This document shows, one piece after another, positions 10,618-20,465 of a stretch of DNA of 64,000 nucleotides; within the stretch, counting starts at the first letter, position 1, and each line of letters opens with the position of its first letter. The notes beneath the pieces were generated by a model. It ran no database searches and was not told the origin of the DNA. It saw only the letters and a list, made by a program, of their open reading frames with translations. The translations under genes and the position numbers were made by a program. Source of the DNA: an uncultured Anaerolineales bacterium (GTDB lineage: Bacteria > Chloroflexota > Anaerolineae > Anaerolineales > JABWBV01); contig CAZAYY010000012.1 in NCBI GenBank assembly GCA_964489525.1, positions 65,320 through 129,319 on the forward strand. The letters are read 5' to 3'.

Positions 10618-10642
10618 GGGGACGCGGCTAAAGCCGCGACGA
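10618..10642. repeat. 25-nt intergenic repeat, copy 2
   Basis: ggggacgcggctaaagccgcgacga. Same element as 5237-5261 in the opposite orientation. Confidence 0.6.
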
Positions 10643-10778
10643 CAAGAGAGGGGCCGGGTCAACATTGGTTTGTTCACTGTATACCTTTCTGTCCCGCAGT
10701 TGTTAATAAGTTTGATAAAATAAACGAAATTCACAACAACTACCAGACAATCTGGCTATACGAAACGAGGTGATTCGG

Positions 10779-11732
10779 ATGCAGAAATATAAAGTCTCTT
10801 TTTGGGTTTTACTTGCTATTGTCGGGCTTTTTGCGCTGGCTGGCTGCTCCACCGACAGCCAGGGTGAAGCGAAACCCACCATTAAACTCGCTGAAAATCC
10901 CTGGTCAGCTTCCATGGTAAACGTGGCTGTTGCCAAAATTCTGTTGGAAGAACAGCTGGGGTATACGGTGGAAGTCGTCACCATTGATGAGAATGCACAG
11001 TGGGCTTCACTCTCTACGGGTGACCTGCATGCCAGCTTTGAAGTCTGGCCATCCGGCCATGGGGACAACGTGGCTCGGTATATTGAAGAACAAAAAGTGG
11101 TGGAATATGCTGGCCTGCTCGGCCCTGTGGGTAAAATTGGTTGGTTTATGCCAGCCTACATGCTGGAAACCCATCCCGAATTGGCCACCTGGGAAGGCTT
11201 TCAAAAACCTGAAAATGCCGCCCTGTTTGCAACTGCTGAAACGGGTGAAAAGGGGCAATTCCTGGCTGGTGACCCAAGCTGGGTACAGTACGATGCAGAG
11301 ATTATCAATAACCTGGGGATGAATTTCCAGGTTGTGGTCGCCGGTTCCGAGGAAGCCATTCTATCGGCCCTCGATTCGGTTTACAGCCGCAAAGAGCCGA
11401 TTGTCTTTTATTTCTGGACCCCCCACTCCATCCACGCCCGATACGAGCTTGTCAATGTCCAGCTGCCCGCTTACAGCGATGCGTGCTATGAAAAAATCGC
11501 TTCCGGTGGCGTAGACTGTGACTATCCATCCGATGAATTGTTCAAAATCATGTGGCCCGGCCTGAACACCCTGGCGCCAGACGCAGCTGCGCTGGTTAAA
11601 AATCTGAACTACTCCACGCAGGACCAGATCACCATGATTGCAGCCGTTGAATTGGATGGCAAAACCCCCGAAGAAGCTGCTCGCGCCTGGCTGGATGCTC
11701 ACGAATCTACCTGGAAGGGCTGGCTGCCCTGA
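10779..11732 (+). CDS. proX: Glycine betaine/choline-type ABC transporter substrate-binding lipoprotein
   Basis: ATG at 10779 with a GAGG RBS. Lipobox LAGC. Sequence is OpuAC/ProX-like (ENPWSASMVNVAVAKILLEE, WTPHSIHARY). Confidence 0.8.
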   Translation: MQKYKVSFWVLLAIVGLFALAGCSTDSQGEAKPTIKLAENPWSASMVNVAVAKILLEEQLGYTVEVVTIDENAQWASLSTGDLHASFEVWPSGHGDNVARYIEEQKVVEYAGLLGPVGKIGWFMPAYMLETHPELATWEGFQKPENAALFATAETGEKGQFLAGDPSWVQYDAEIINNLGMNFQVVVAGSEEAILSALDSVYSRKEPIVFYFWTPHSIHARYELVNVQLPAYSDACYEKIASGGVDCDYPSDELFKIMWPGLNTLAPDAAALVKNLNYSTQDQITMIAAVELDGKTPEEAARAWLDAHESTWKGWLP

Positions 11733-11753
11733 TCTGTTTCCAGGCATTGATAA

Positions 11754-11793
11754 AGCCAGCGCACCCGGTTATGGGGTGCGCTGGCTTTTTTTT
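11754..11793 (+). terminator. Rho-independent terminator after proX
   Basis: 12-bp stem (11754-11765 agccagcgcacc / 11775-11786 ggtgcgctggct) followed by a T8 run (11786-11793). Confidence 0.75.
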
Positions 11794-11823
11794 ATATTTA
11801 CAGGGATACATTTGCAATTGAGG

Positions 11824-13866
11824 CTAATGTTTTTGCTTTTGAGCCCAACCCTGGGTAATCCGGTCCAAAATCATCGCGATCAGTGCGATTGCCAGGCCTG
11901 CTTCAATGCCCCGGCCTGTTTGACCCTTGGCCAGGCCAATCACCGCTTCCAATCCCAGGCCGCCCCCACCCACCATACCAGAGATCACCACCATGGACAG
12001 CACCATCATAATGGTTTGGTTGACCCCCAAAAGAATGGAAGGCAGCGCCAGGGGGAGCTGTACTTTCAGCAGCTTTTGCCAATCGGTTGAGCCAAAAGCA
12101 TCTGCCGCTTCAACCACTTCCCCATCCACCTGTCGGATGCCCAGGTTGGTGAGGCGAATGACCGGCGGGATGGCGTAAATCACCGCAGCAATAATTCCAG
12201 GAACCCGGCCAATGTTGAACAGCATAATCACCGGAACCAGGTATACAAACGGCGGAATGGTTTGGAAGAAATCCAAAACCGGGCGTAAAACCTCCTCCAG
12301 CCACCTGCTGCGAGCGCTGGCAATGCCCAGCGGAATGCCAACAACCAGGGCAATCACCACAGCCACAAAAACCTGGCTGAGCGTATCCATGGCATTGGCC
12401 CACATCCCCAACAACCCCACCATTAAAAAGCCAAATGCAGCCAGGTACGCTAACCGCCAACCTGCTGCAGCCAATCCGGCTGCAGCAAATATCAATATCA
12501 GTGCAGGCCAGGGAATGCCTTCGGTTAGAAGTGCCCGTAAGGGGTGGAGAAACTGAATTACCAACCAATCGCTAAACGGGCCGGTGCCAATGGGCAGGCT
12601 GCCTATCTGGTAGAGGTTATCGCGCATCCAAACAACTGCAGCGTCTACGGGTGCGCGAATCGAAATCATCCATGCAGAAGGGTAAGTTTGCAAAGCCGGA
12701 ATTGCCCAGGCCAGCAGAAACACCAGCAGTAAGATGCTCAAGCCAATCAGCCAGTGACGGATTTCAAACAAACGCCGCCAGACACGCTGGTTTTTTTCGG
12801 GCTGGGGAGGAAGTAAACCAAGGACTTTTTTAAGAACCACGTTCTGGGCCAACCGGCTTTGGCGCAAACTGCGCCGTAAGTTAAACGAACCCGCCAGGGC
12901 GCTGCCCAAGCGATCGAGCAGAATGGCCATGAACACAATTGCCAGCCCGGCTTCCATTGCCCGTCCTACCTGGAGCCGTTGTAACGACACCAACACCTCT
13001 TTTCCAAGGCCGCCGGCGCCGATCAGTGCGGCAATAACCACCATCCCCAGGGCCATCATAATCGTCTGGTTGATGCCCGTTACAATTGAAGGGATGGCCA
13101 ATGGAATTTGCACCTTAAACAAAACCTGGCGCGAAGTCGCCCCAAAAGAATAGGCGGCTTCCATAATGGTGTGGGGTACCTGGCGTAGGCCCAGGTTGGT
13201 CAAGCGAATGGCCGGCGGCAGCGCAAATATTACAGTTGCGATGACACTCGGCACACGTGCCACCCCAAAAACCAGCAGCACCGGAATCAGGTATACAAAA
13301 GCGGGAATGGTTTGCATGGCATCCAACACCGGCCGGAGAATTTTTTCAATCCAGGTAAAGCGTGCGCTCAGAATGCCCAGCGGAATGCCCAACAGCAAAG
13401 AAATCAACACCGACACGCCGATTAACGTCAGGGTTTGCATGGATTCAGGCCAAAGGCCAATGGCTGCCATAAACCACAAGCACGCAGCAGCCAGGGCAGC
13501 CAGTTTTTTTCCGCCCCATAAGTAGCCTAATATCAACCCCGCAGTGACCACAACACTCCATGGCAGTGCCATGAGCCCGCGCTCAACCACCCGTAAACTG
13601 GCATCAATGGTGCGGCTTACAGGATTGAAGAAATAAGTAAAGATAGGATGGGTGGTGCGGTGCGTGATCAGCCAATCTTCATAGCGATCAATGCTCTGGC
13701 GCAGCTCCAGGTTCCAGGACACGGGGAAGCCCTGTTCCAATTCCACCTGGTTGCCCAGCCAGGCCAGGGTAAGGACTCCCCCAATTAAAACCAGGGCAAG
13801 CAAGGCTTCGCGCAGCCTGTAGCGAACATCAAGGTCCTGGATGGCCTGGGTAATGATTTGCTGCAT
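11824..13866 (-). CDS. proW: Glycine betaine/proline ABC transporter permease, tandem-fused double ProW/OpuAB
   Basis: 680 aa with two homologous permease halves, each carrying the EAA-type loop (...ARFTWIEKILRPVLDAMQTIPAFVYLIP... and ...ARSRWLEEVLRPVLDFFQTIPPFVYLVP...). Confidence 0.85.
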   Translation of the reverse strand: MQQIITQAIQDLDVRYRLREALLALVLIGGVLTLAWLGNQVELEQGFPVSWNLELRQSIDRYEDWLITHRTTHPIFTYFFNPVSRTIDASLRVVERGLMALPWSVVVTAGLILGYLWGGKKLAALAAACLWFMAAIGLWPESMQTLTLIGVSVLISLLLGIPLGILSARFTWIEKILRPVLDAMQTIPAFVYLIPVLLVFGVARVPSVIATVIFALPPAIRLTNLGLRQVPHTIMEAAYSFGATSRQVLFKVQIPLAIPSIVTGINQTIMMALGMVVIAALIGAGGLGKEVLVSLQRLQVGRAMEAGLAIVFMAILLDRLGSALAGSFNLRRSLRQSRLAQNVVLKKVLGLLPPQPEKNQRVWRRLFEIRHWLIGLSILLLVFLLAWAIPALQTYPSAWMISIRAPVDAAVVWMRDNLYQIGSLPIGTGPFSDWLVIQFLHPLRALLTEGIPWPALILIFAAAGLAAAGWRLAYLAAFGFLMVGLLGMWANAMDTLSQVFVAVVIALVVGIPLGIASARSRWLEEVLRPVLDFFQTIPPFVYLVPVIMLFNIGRVPGIIAAVIYAIPPVIRLTNLGIRQVDGEVVEAADAFGSTDWQKLLKVQLPLALPSILLGVNQTIMMVLSMVVISGMVGGGGLGLEAVIGLAKGQTGRGIEAGLAIALIAMILDRITQGWAQKQKH

Positions 13867-13869
13867 GGG

Positions 13870-14898
13870 TTATGCTCCCTGGCCTGCCAGGGCCTGAAGA
13901 ACCACATCCCGGTCCACATAGCCAATAGAGTGGTTATCTTGATCCACGATGGAAATCGGAGCGTCACTGGCCGCTGTGAGTTGGATGAGCTGTTCCAGAC
14001 GGGTATCTTGCGGAACCCGGACGCCGTGATCGGCAGGAGCACCTTGCCAGGGTCTCATCACGGAACGGGCTGTAAGCACTTTAACCCTGGGGACATCTTG
14101 CGTAAACTCGCGCACATAGTCGTTCGCGGGGTTTGCAACAATGTCTTCGGCTGTGCCCACCTGGATGAGTTCACCATCTTTCATAATCCCAATATGGTCG
14201 CCCAGCTTAATGGCTTCCAAAAAATCGTGGGTAATGAACAACATCGTTTTACGAACCCGCTGCTGCAAATGGAGTAGTTCATTTTGCATATCGCGGCGAA
14301 TCAGCGGGTCGAGGGCGCTGAAGGGCTCATCGCAAAGGAGCAGTTCCGGGTCTACGGCCAGGGCACGCGCCAGGCCTACCCGCTGCTGCATTCCACCACT
14401 TAGTTCACTCGGGTAATGGTTTTCCCAACCCGTCAGGCCAACCAGGTCCAGCATGTGGTGGGCCCGTTTTAACGCAGTGGGTTTTTCCACCCCCTGGATT
14501 TCAAGACCATAGGTCATGTTTTCAATCACTTTTCGGTGAGGAAACAGACCAAAATGCTGGAACACCATGCTCATTTTGTGGCGGCGCATATCGCGCAGCT
14601 GGCGCTTATTCATTTTGGTGACATTTGCGCCATCAAACAAAACTTCGCCAAAGGTTGGTTCAATCAGGCGGCTGACACAGCGAATGAGGGTAGATTTTCC
14701 ACTGCCGGAGAGGCCCATAATCACAAAAATCTCCCCTTCTTTGACTTCAAAAGAAACGTCCTTGATTGCAACCACCATCCCGGTTTGCTTTAAAATTTCA
14801 GCTTTGCTTAAAGCGGGGTCCGGAAGTTGGATGCGCTTCTTTTTGGGAGTGAAGATTTTCCAAAGATTGCGGCAAGAAACTTTTGTGAATTGGCTCAT
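13870..14898 (-). CDS. proV: Glycine betaine/L-proline ABC transporter ATPase with C-terminal CBS region
   Basis: Walker A GLSGSGKST, signature LSGGMQQRV, Walker B LLCDEPFSALD. C-terminal CBS-like extension. 3-nt gap to the permease. Confidence 0.9.
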   Translation of the reverse strand: MSQFTKVSCRNLWKIFTPKKKRIQLPDPALSKAEILKQTGMVVAIKDVSFEVKEGEIFVIMGLSGSGKSTLIRCVSRLIEPTFGEVLFDGANVTKMNKRQLRDMRRHKMSMVFQHFGLFPHRKVIENMTYGLEIQGVEKPTALKRAHHMLDLVGLTGWENHYPSELSGGMQQRVGLARALAVDPELLLCDEPFSALDPLIRRDMQNELLHLQQRVRKTMLFITHDFLEAIKLGDHIGIMKDGELIQVGTAEDIVANPANDYVREFTQDVPRVKVLTARSVMRPWQGAPADHGVRVPQDTRLEQLIQLTAASDAPISIVDQDNHSIGYVDRDVVLQALAGQGA

Positions 14899-14970
14899 TC
14901 TCTAAAATCAGTTAACCATCCGATAACATTCTAAAAAGTAACTATAACACAATTATCCTCGAATCGGTGT

Positions 14971-17025
14971 TTATTTAATCGGTGAAAAGCGAATGGCCAT
15001 GCCCCCACCCGGGGCCAGGGCCAGCTCCAACCGGTCTGCTGAGGTAACTTGTTGTTCTGTGATAACTACAGGCCAGGGGTTGGTATTCCAGTGGGCGTCC
15101 GGACCATCGGCATAGATTTGCGCCAGGTAGGTCACCCCTGGGTCCAGAAAATCGAGCCGGGCAGTCAGGTTTTGGGCATCCTCCGCAGTAACGCTGCCCA
15201 GGTACCAATCATCAGAATTCCGGTCTTTGCGAACAATCGTCAGGGATTCTCCAATCGAAGCATGCAGAACCCGGGTGGTTTCCCAGTCACATGGGACATC
15301 TACAATAAACTGGAAAGCCGGGTTGTTTACATAGTTTTCTGGCAAGTCGGCAGCCATTTGAAGCGGGCTGTATAAAACCACGTAAAACGCAAGCTGCTTG
15401 GCTACAGTCGTGTTGATCTGATTGCGCGATTGGTGTTCTGGATAACGCACATCCAGCATGCCAGGGGTGTAGTCCATGGGCCCGGAGAGCATGCGCTGAA
15501 AAGCCAGGAGCAGCACATGGTTGGGTGGGTTGCCGCCATCGCCGCTCCAGGCGTCATATTCAGCCCCTCGAGCGCCTTCCCGGCTGAGCATGTTTGGGTA
15601 GGTGCGCCTTAGCCCTGTATCTTTAATCGGCTCATGGATATTGATGCTGATCTGATAACGGGCTGCTGTCTCCATCACATGGTTATAATGGGCAACCCCA
15701 AACTGACCATGGTGCCATTCGCCGCCATCCAGGCGCGAACCAACATACCCGGTTTTCACCGTATCCACCCCCAGTCGTTGGTACAGCGCAAAGGCGTCTT
15801 CCATCTGACTTTCGTAGTTTTGCGTATTGGCAGCGGTTTCGTGGTGACCAATCAGCACCACACCTTTTTCACGGGCATAGCGGGTGACCTCTTCCAGGTC
15901 AAAATCCGGGTAGGGTTGGGTAAAGCTGAACGACGCCCCATTGCCAGCCCAATTACCATCCCAACCCAGGTTCCAGCCCTCAACCAAAACGCCTCGAAAG
16001 CCATAAAGAGCCGCAAAGTCAATATATTCTTTGGTTCTGGCAGTCGTTGCGCCATGGTTTGGACCGCTGCCCCAGGTATAAATTCCCAGGTGCATGCCCC
16101 ACCAGATGCCCACATATTTGCCGGGTTTGACCCAGGAAACATCGCCCAATTGGTTGGGCTCATTCAGGTTCAACACCAGGTAAGAAGTGATCAGGTCTCC
16201 CTCCCACTCGGCAACCTGGATGGTGCGCCAGGGGGTTTTCAGCGGAAGCTGGCTCACCACCGCCACACCATTGCGCCAGGGTACCAACCTGGCCTGCAGG
16301 GTTTGCGGGTTACCATTTGCGTTCCCTTCCAGGTACATTGAAGCATAATCCACCAATGCGGCTTCGTGAATGGATAGGAACAGCCCGCTTTGGTTGCGCA
16401 GCGTCAGGGGGGTGTGCACCGGCCGCTTTAGCTCACGGAGACGTACCTGGCTGATGAGGTATTCGTAACGATTCTCTTGCAAAGCCGGGATGCTCCAGGT
16501 GTCGGCGTCTTCCGCCAGGGCAAATTCCGTGCGCTCAGCCCGAATTTGGATATCTTGCAGGTTGGGCTGGGCAGGCAGCTCGTACCGAAAACCCAGGCCA
16601 TCGTTAAATAAACGGAAAACTAACACCATTTGCCGCTGCAAATCACCCGCCTCTTCCAGTGTGACCCGCAGCTCGTTGTAGCGGTTGCGGATAAAACGCT
16701 CTTCACCCCAGGGCTGTTCCCAGGTTTCGTCAAACGAGGCGGTTTCCACCTGGATGATGGCCATATTGTCACCCAAAGGCGGTGCATTGGTGAATTCAAA
16801 TCCGAGGCGGGATGGCAGCACCACCAAGGTCTGGTTGCGCTCCAATTGGTAATGCGGCACGCCGTTGATCAACGCAAGAGTCAGGGCGAGCTGGCCATCA
16901 GGCGAGAGCACCCCCGCTGCAGGCATCTCGTCCCAGGCTGTTTGAGAAGCCCCCTGGCAACCAGCCAGGCCCCCTAAAACTGCCAGCAGAAGCCATGCCC
17001 AAACAAAAAATGGTTGTATTCTCAT
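14971..17025 (-). CDS. Glycoside hydrolase family 97 (alpha-glucosidase-like) lipoprotein
   Basis: Lipobox LAGC. GH97-typical blocks EYIDFAALYGFRGVLVEGWNLGW, VLIGHHETAANTQNYE and VKTGYVG. Confidence 0.8.
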   Translation of the reverse strand: MRIQPFFVWAWLLLAVLGGLAGCQGASQTAWDEMPAAGVLSPDGQLALTLALINGVPHYQLERNQTLVVLPSRLGFEFTNAPPLGDNMAIIQVETASFDETWEQPWGEERFIRNRYNELRVTLEEAGDLQRQMVLVFRLFNDGLGFRYELPAQPNLQDIQIRAERTEFALAEDADTWSIPALQENRYEYLISQVRLRELKRPVHTPLTLRNQSGLFLSIHEAALVDYASMYLEGNANGNPQTLQARLVPWRNGVAVVSQLPLKTPWRTIQVAEWEGDLITSYLVLNLNEPNQLGDVSWVKPGKYVGIWWGMHLGIYTWGSGPNHGATTARTKEYIDFAALYGFRGVLVEGWNLGWDGNWAGNGASFSFTQPYPDFDLEEVTRYAREKGVVLIGHHETAANTQNYESQMEDAFALYQRLGVDTVKTGYVGSRLDGGEWHHGQFGVAHYNHVMETAARYQISINIHEPIKDTGLRRTYPNMLSREGARGAEYDAWSGDGGNPPNHVLLLAFQRMLSGPMDYTPGMLDVRYPEHQSRNQINTTVAKQLAFYVVLYSPLQMAADLPENYVNNPAFQFIVDVPCDWETTRVLHASIGESLTIVRKDRNSDDWYLGSVTAEDAQNLTARLDFLDPGVTYLAQIYADGPDAHWNTNPWPVVITEQQVTSADRLELALAPGGGMAIRFSPIK

Positions 17026-17193
17026 ATAAAATCCCTGCAGATGATTTTTAGATTTTCCTTAATTGTACAATGGAAATGAACTGCTTTCTTGCTGCTCGCT
17101 TACACAAAATCGCATCTCACCCTCAGAAGAGTATAATTTACACAAACTGAACAATCTGCGCTTCCCAAAACACAAATACCCGTGGAGAAGTTT

Positions 17194-18837
17194 ATGCAAA
17201 ACTCATACCTGTGGTGGCAAAAAGGAATCATTTACCAGATCTACCCCCGCTCCTTCCAGGACACCAACGGGGATGGCATTGGCGATTTACCCGGAATTCT
17301 TCAGAGGTTGGACTACATTCAACATCTTGGGGTAGATGCCATCTGGCTTTCCCCCATTTACCCCTCCCCCATGGCCGATTTCGGTTATGACGTTCAAGAC
17401 TACACCAATATTCACCCCATTTTCGGCACCCTGGAAGACTTCGATCAATTGTTGGCAGAAACCCACCAACGTGGTCTAAAACTGTTGATTGACCTGGTTC
17501 CAAACCACACCTCACACGAACACGCCTGGTTCAAAGAAAGCCGCAGCAGCCGCACCAACCCCAAGCGCGATTGGTATATCTGGCGAGACCCGGCCCCCGA
17601 TGGCGGCCCCCCCAACAACTGGGTAAGTTTTTTTGGCGGCCCAGCCTGGACTTTGGACCCCCACACAGGCCAATATTACCTGCACCAATTTCTTCCCGAG
17701 CAGCCCGAGTTAAATTACCGCAACCCGGACGTTTTACCCGCCATGCTGGATATTATGCGTTTCTGGCTCGATCGAGGCGTGGATGGTTTTCGGGTGGATG
17801 TCATCTGGTTAATGATGAAAGATGAAGCCCTGCGCGACGAGCCGCCCAACCCAAACTTCAAACCCGGCGATTGGCCCATCTCTTCCCTGCTGCACATCTA
17901 CACCCAAAACCACCCCGAAGTCCACAATCTGATTCGACAAATGCGGGCTGTTTTGGACGAATATTCCGAGCGAATGATGGTTGGCGAAATTTACCTGCCG
18001 AATGAAGAACTGGCGAAGTATTATGGGGAGCGGCTGGATGAATGCCACCTGCCCTTTAACTTCAGGCTGATTGACCAGGCCAGGGCGGAAAGTTGGAATG
18101 CAGCTGCCTTGCGCCAGGTTGTCACAGAATATCATGCTGCCCTGCCCGCGGACGCCTGGCCCAACTGGGTTTTGGGAAACCACGACCAACATCGAATTGC
18201 CAGCCGGCTGAACCAACCCCAGGCCCGGGTTGCCAATATGCTGCTGCTCACCTTGCACGGCACACCCACCACCTATTACGGTGAAGAACTCGGCCTGGAA
18301 AATGTGCCCATCCCGCTGGATCGCATCCAGGACCCTCCCGCACTCAACCTGCCCGAATTAGCCGATTCAATTGGCAGAGACCCCGAACGCACGCCCATGC
18401 AGTGGGATGCCAGCCAAAACGCTGGCTTTACCCTACCGGACGTATCACCCTGGCTACCGGTTGCATCTGATTCTGTCACCCGCAACGCTGCAGCCCAGGA
18501 AGCGAACCCCTTCTCAATGCTGGCGCTTTACCGCGCCCTTACCCGGCTGCGGCGTGCCGAACCTGCTCTGCACGCTGGAAAAATCCGGGTGTTGTCGCAG
18601 GGCGGGAACGATGTTTTTGCTTACCTGCGTCTGCCCCCCCATGGAAGCGGTGCCGATCGCTACCTGGTTGTACTCAACCTGTCCAACAACACCCAATTTG
18701 TGGATCTGCCCGAAGTAAACAACCAGGGCGTGGTTGAAATGTCTACCGCCCTCGACCGGGCAGGCCTGGTCAAACTGGAGGGACTGTCCCTGCGTCCCAA
18801 TGAGGGCCTGGTTATCCGGCTGCCTGAGTCTGCATGA
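17194..18837 (+). CDS. GH13 alpha-glucosidase / oligo-1,6-glucosidase
   Basis: ATG at 17194. WWQKGIIYQIYPRSFQDTNGDGIGDLPGI, DLVPNHTS, GFRVDVI, VGEI and GNHDQHR catalytic regions. Confidence 0.9.
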   Translation: MQNSYLWWQKGIIYQIYPRSFQDTNGDGIGDLPGILQRLDYIQHLGVDAIWLSPIYPSPMADFGYDVQDYTNIHPIFGTLEDFDQLLAETHQRGLKLLIDLVPNHTSHEHAWFKESRSSRTNPKRDWYIWRDPAPDGGPPNNWVSFFGGPAWTLDPHTGQYYLHQFLPEQPELNYRNPDVLPAMLDIMRFWLDRGVDGFRVDVIWLMMKDEALRDEPPNPNFKPGDWPISSLLHIYTQNHPEVHNLIRQMRAVLDEYSERMMVGEIYLPNEELAKYYGERLDECHLPFNFRLIDQARAESWNAAALRQVVTEYHAALPADAWPNWVLGNHDQHRIASRLNQPQARVANMLLLTLHGTPTTYYGEELGLENVPIPLDRIQDPPALNLPELADSIGRDPERTPMQWDASQNAGFTLPDVSPWLPVASDSVTRNAAAQEANPFSMLALYRALTRLRRAEPALHAGKIRVLSQGGNDVFAYLRLPPHGSGADRYLVVLNLSNNTQFVDLPEVNNQGVVEMSTALDRAGLVKLEGLSLRPNEGLVIRLPESA

Positions 18838-20153
18838 TCGCCAAACCTGCTCCAGGCTGGGACCTGATTGTGGTCGGCGGCGGTGCAGCTGGCTTTTTTG
18901 GCGCAATTGCTGCCTCTGAAAAAAAAGCCGGGCTGAGGGTTTTGATCGTAGAAAAAGCTCGCAAAAACCTGGGCAAGGTGTTGATTTCCGGGGGTGGACG
19001 CTGTAATGTGACCCATGCCTGCTTCGACCCGGCCCGATTGGTGGAATTTTACCCGCGCGGTGGTGCGGCTTTGCGGGGGCCATTCAATCGCTTTCACCCC
19101 TCCCACACCGTGGCCTGGTTCCAACAGCGGGGTGCAGCCCTGAAAACCGAGAGTGATGGCAGAATTTTCCCGGTTTCCGATAGTTCCACCACCATTGCAG
19201 ATACCCTGCAGCACGCTGCCCGGCAGGCCGGCGTGGTCATTTGGAACCAAACTGCGGTTGTTAAAATCGTCCAAAACCCTGGCGAAGGCAGCTTTGAACT
19301 GTGGCTGCGCCATCCTGGTGGCGAAAACAGCCAGGTTTCCTGCAGGGCTGTCTTGCTGGCAACCGGCGGGGAGCAAGGTGGGTTTCTCCTGGCCCAGTCG
19401 CTGGGGCACCAAATTGAACCCCCAGTTCCATCTTTGTTTACTTTTAACATAAAAGACCCGCGGCTGGATGGCCTCGCCGGGGTTTCGGTTCCCATTGTCC
19501 AATTGACCCTGCTCAACCCAGCGGGTAAACCTGCCAGTGCCGGAAAAAAACCGCTCCAACCACAAACCGGGCCTGTGCTGATTACCCATTGGGGGTTGAG
19601 CGGGCCAGCCGTGCTGCGCCTGTCAGCCTGGGGTGCTCGCAGCCTGGCCAACAGCAGATACCATGCCAATCTGCAGGTGAACTGGCTGCACCCCCTGGCA
19701 ACCGGAGAAGCCCTCTCTGCCCTGCAAGCGTTCAAAAACAGCCCTACGACAAACCGTAAAAAGCCAGTCGCACACAGTCCTTTTGACTCAATGCCGCAGC
19801 GCCTGTGGAAACGGTTCGTAGAAACCGCGGGCATCACCGAAACCCAAAATTGGGCCGACCTTTCGCGCAGCCAGCTCACACACCTGGCAGAAGAACTTAC
19901 CGCCGGCCGCTACCCCATCCGGGGTAAAGGTCCTTTCAAAGAAGAGTTTGTCACCTGCGGAGGGGTCTCCCTGGACCAAGTAGATTTCAAAACCATGCAG
20001 AGCCGCCTGATTCCCGGCTTGTTTTTCGCCGGTGAGGTTTTGGACATAGACGGTTTAACAGGCGGATTCAACTTCCAGGCAGCCTGGACAACCAGTTGGA
20101 TCGCCGGGCAAGCCGCCGCTGAACAACTTCAGAAGGCTCCGCTGGGCGCATAG
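18834..20153 (+). CDS. HI0933/BaiN-family FAD-dependent oxidoreductase
   Basis: The ATG overlaps the upstream stop (ATGA). Dinucleotide fold VVGGGAAGFFGAI. Family hallmarks ISGGGRCNVTH and C-terminal FFAGEVLDIDGLTGGFNFQ. Confidence 0.8.
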   Translation: MIAKPAPGWDLIVVGGGAAGFFGAIAASEKKAGLRVLIVEKARKNLGKVLISGGGRCNVTHACFDPARLVEFYPRGGAALRGPFNRFHPSHTVAWFQQRGAALKTESDGRIFPVSDSSTTIADTLQHAARQAGVVIWNQTAVVKIVQNPGEGSFELWLRHPGGENSQVSCRAVLLATGGEQGGFLLAQSLGHQIEPPVPSLFTFNIKDPRLDGLAGVSVPIVQLTLLNPAGKPASAGKKPLQPQTGPVLITHWGLSGPAVLRLSAWGARSLANSRYHANLQVNWLHPLATGEALSALQAFKNSPTTNRKKPVAHSPFDSMPQRLWKRFVETAGITETQNWADLSRSQLTHLAEELTAGRYPIRGKGPFKEEFVTCGGVSLDQVDFKTMQSRLIPGLFFAGEVLDIDGLTGGFNFQAAWTTSWIAGQAAAEQLQKAPLGA

Positions 20154-20313
20154 GATTGGGTGTGAGGGTCTCCCCCTCCAAAATACACAGGGTTGTCATA
20201 TTGAGCGAAGCGAAGCAATCTCCTGGTCATATAGAAACGAGCTCAAGATATCTCAAACCCCACAAATCTGTGTTCTCCAGCACCTGGCTCTCGGCTACTT
20301 AATCATCCCTCAT

Positions 20314-20342
20314 TTGCCAAACCTTGTGATAAACGTTACAAT
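20314..20342 (+). promoter_or_regulatory. Sigma70-type promoter upstream of the ABC exporter operon
   Basis: TTGCCA (20314-20319), a 17-nt spacer, then TACAAT (20337-20342). Confidence 0.5.
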
Positions 20343-20465
20343 ATACCTTGGTTATATTCGATGCAACAAAAAACAACCCTAATTCATCCACAAATCAGTG
20401 GACAAAAAACCAGAATCATTCCAATTTAGCCGCCGGGCGACAGCCGGTTTTTATAATCGAATCTC

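Noticed and set aside
18660-19879. 309-aa and 261-aa minus-strand ORFs
   Set aside because: They are antisense to the GH13 3' end and the BaiN-like flavoprotein gene, both of which have clear catalytic or cofactor motifs on the plus strand.
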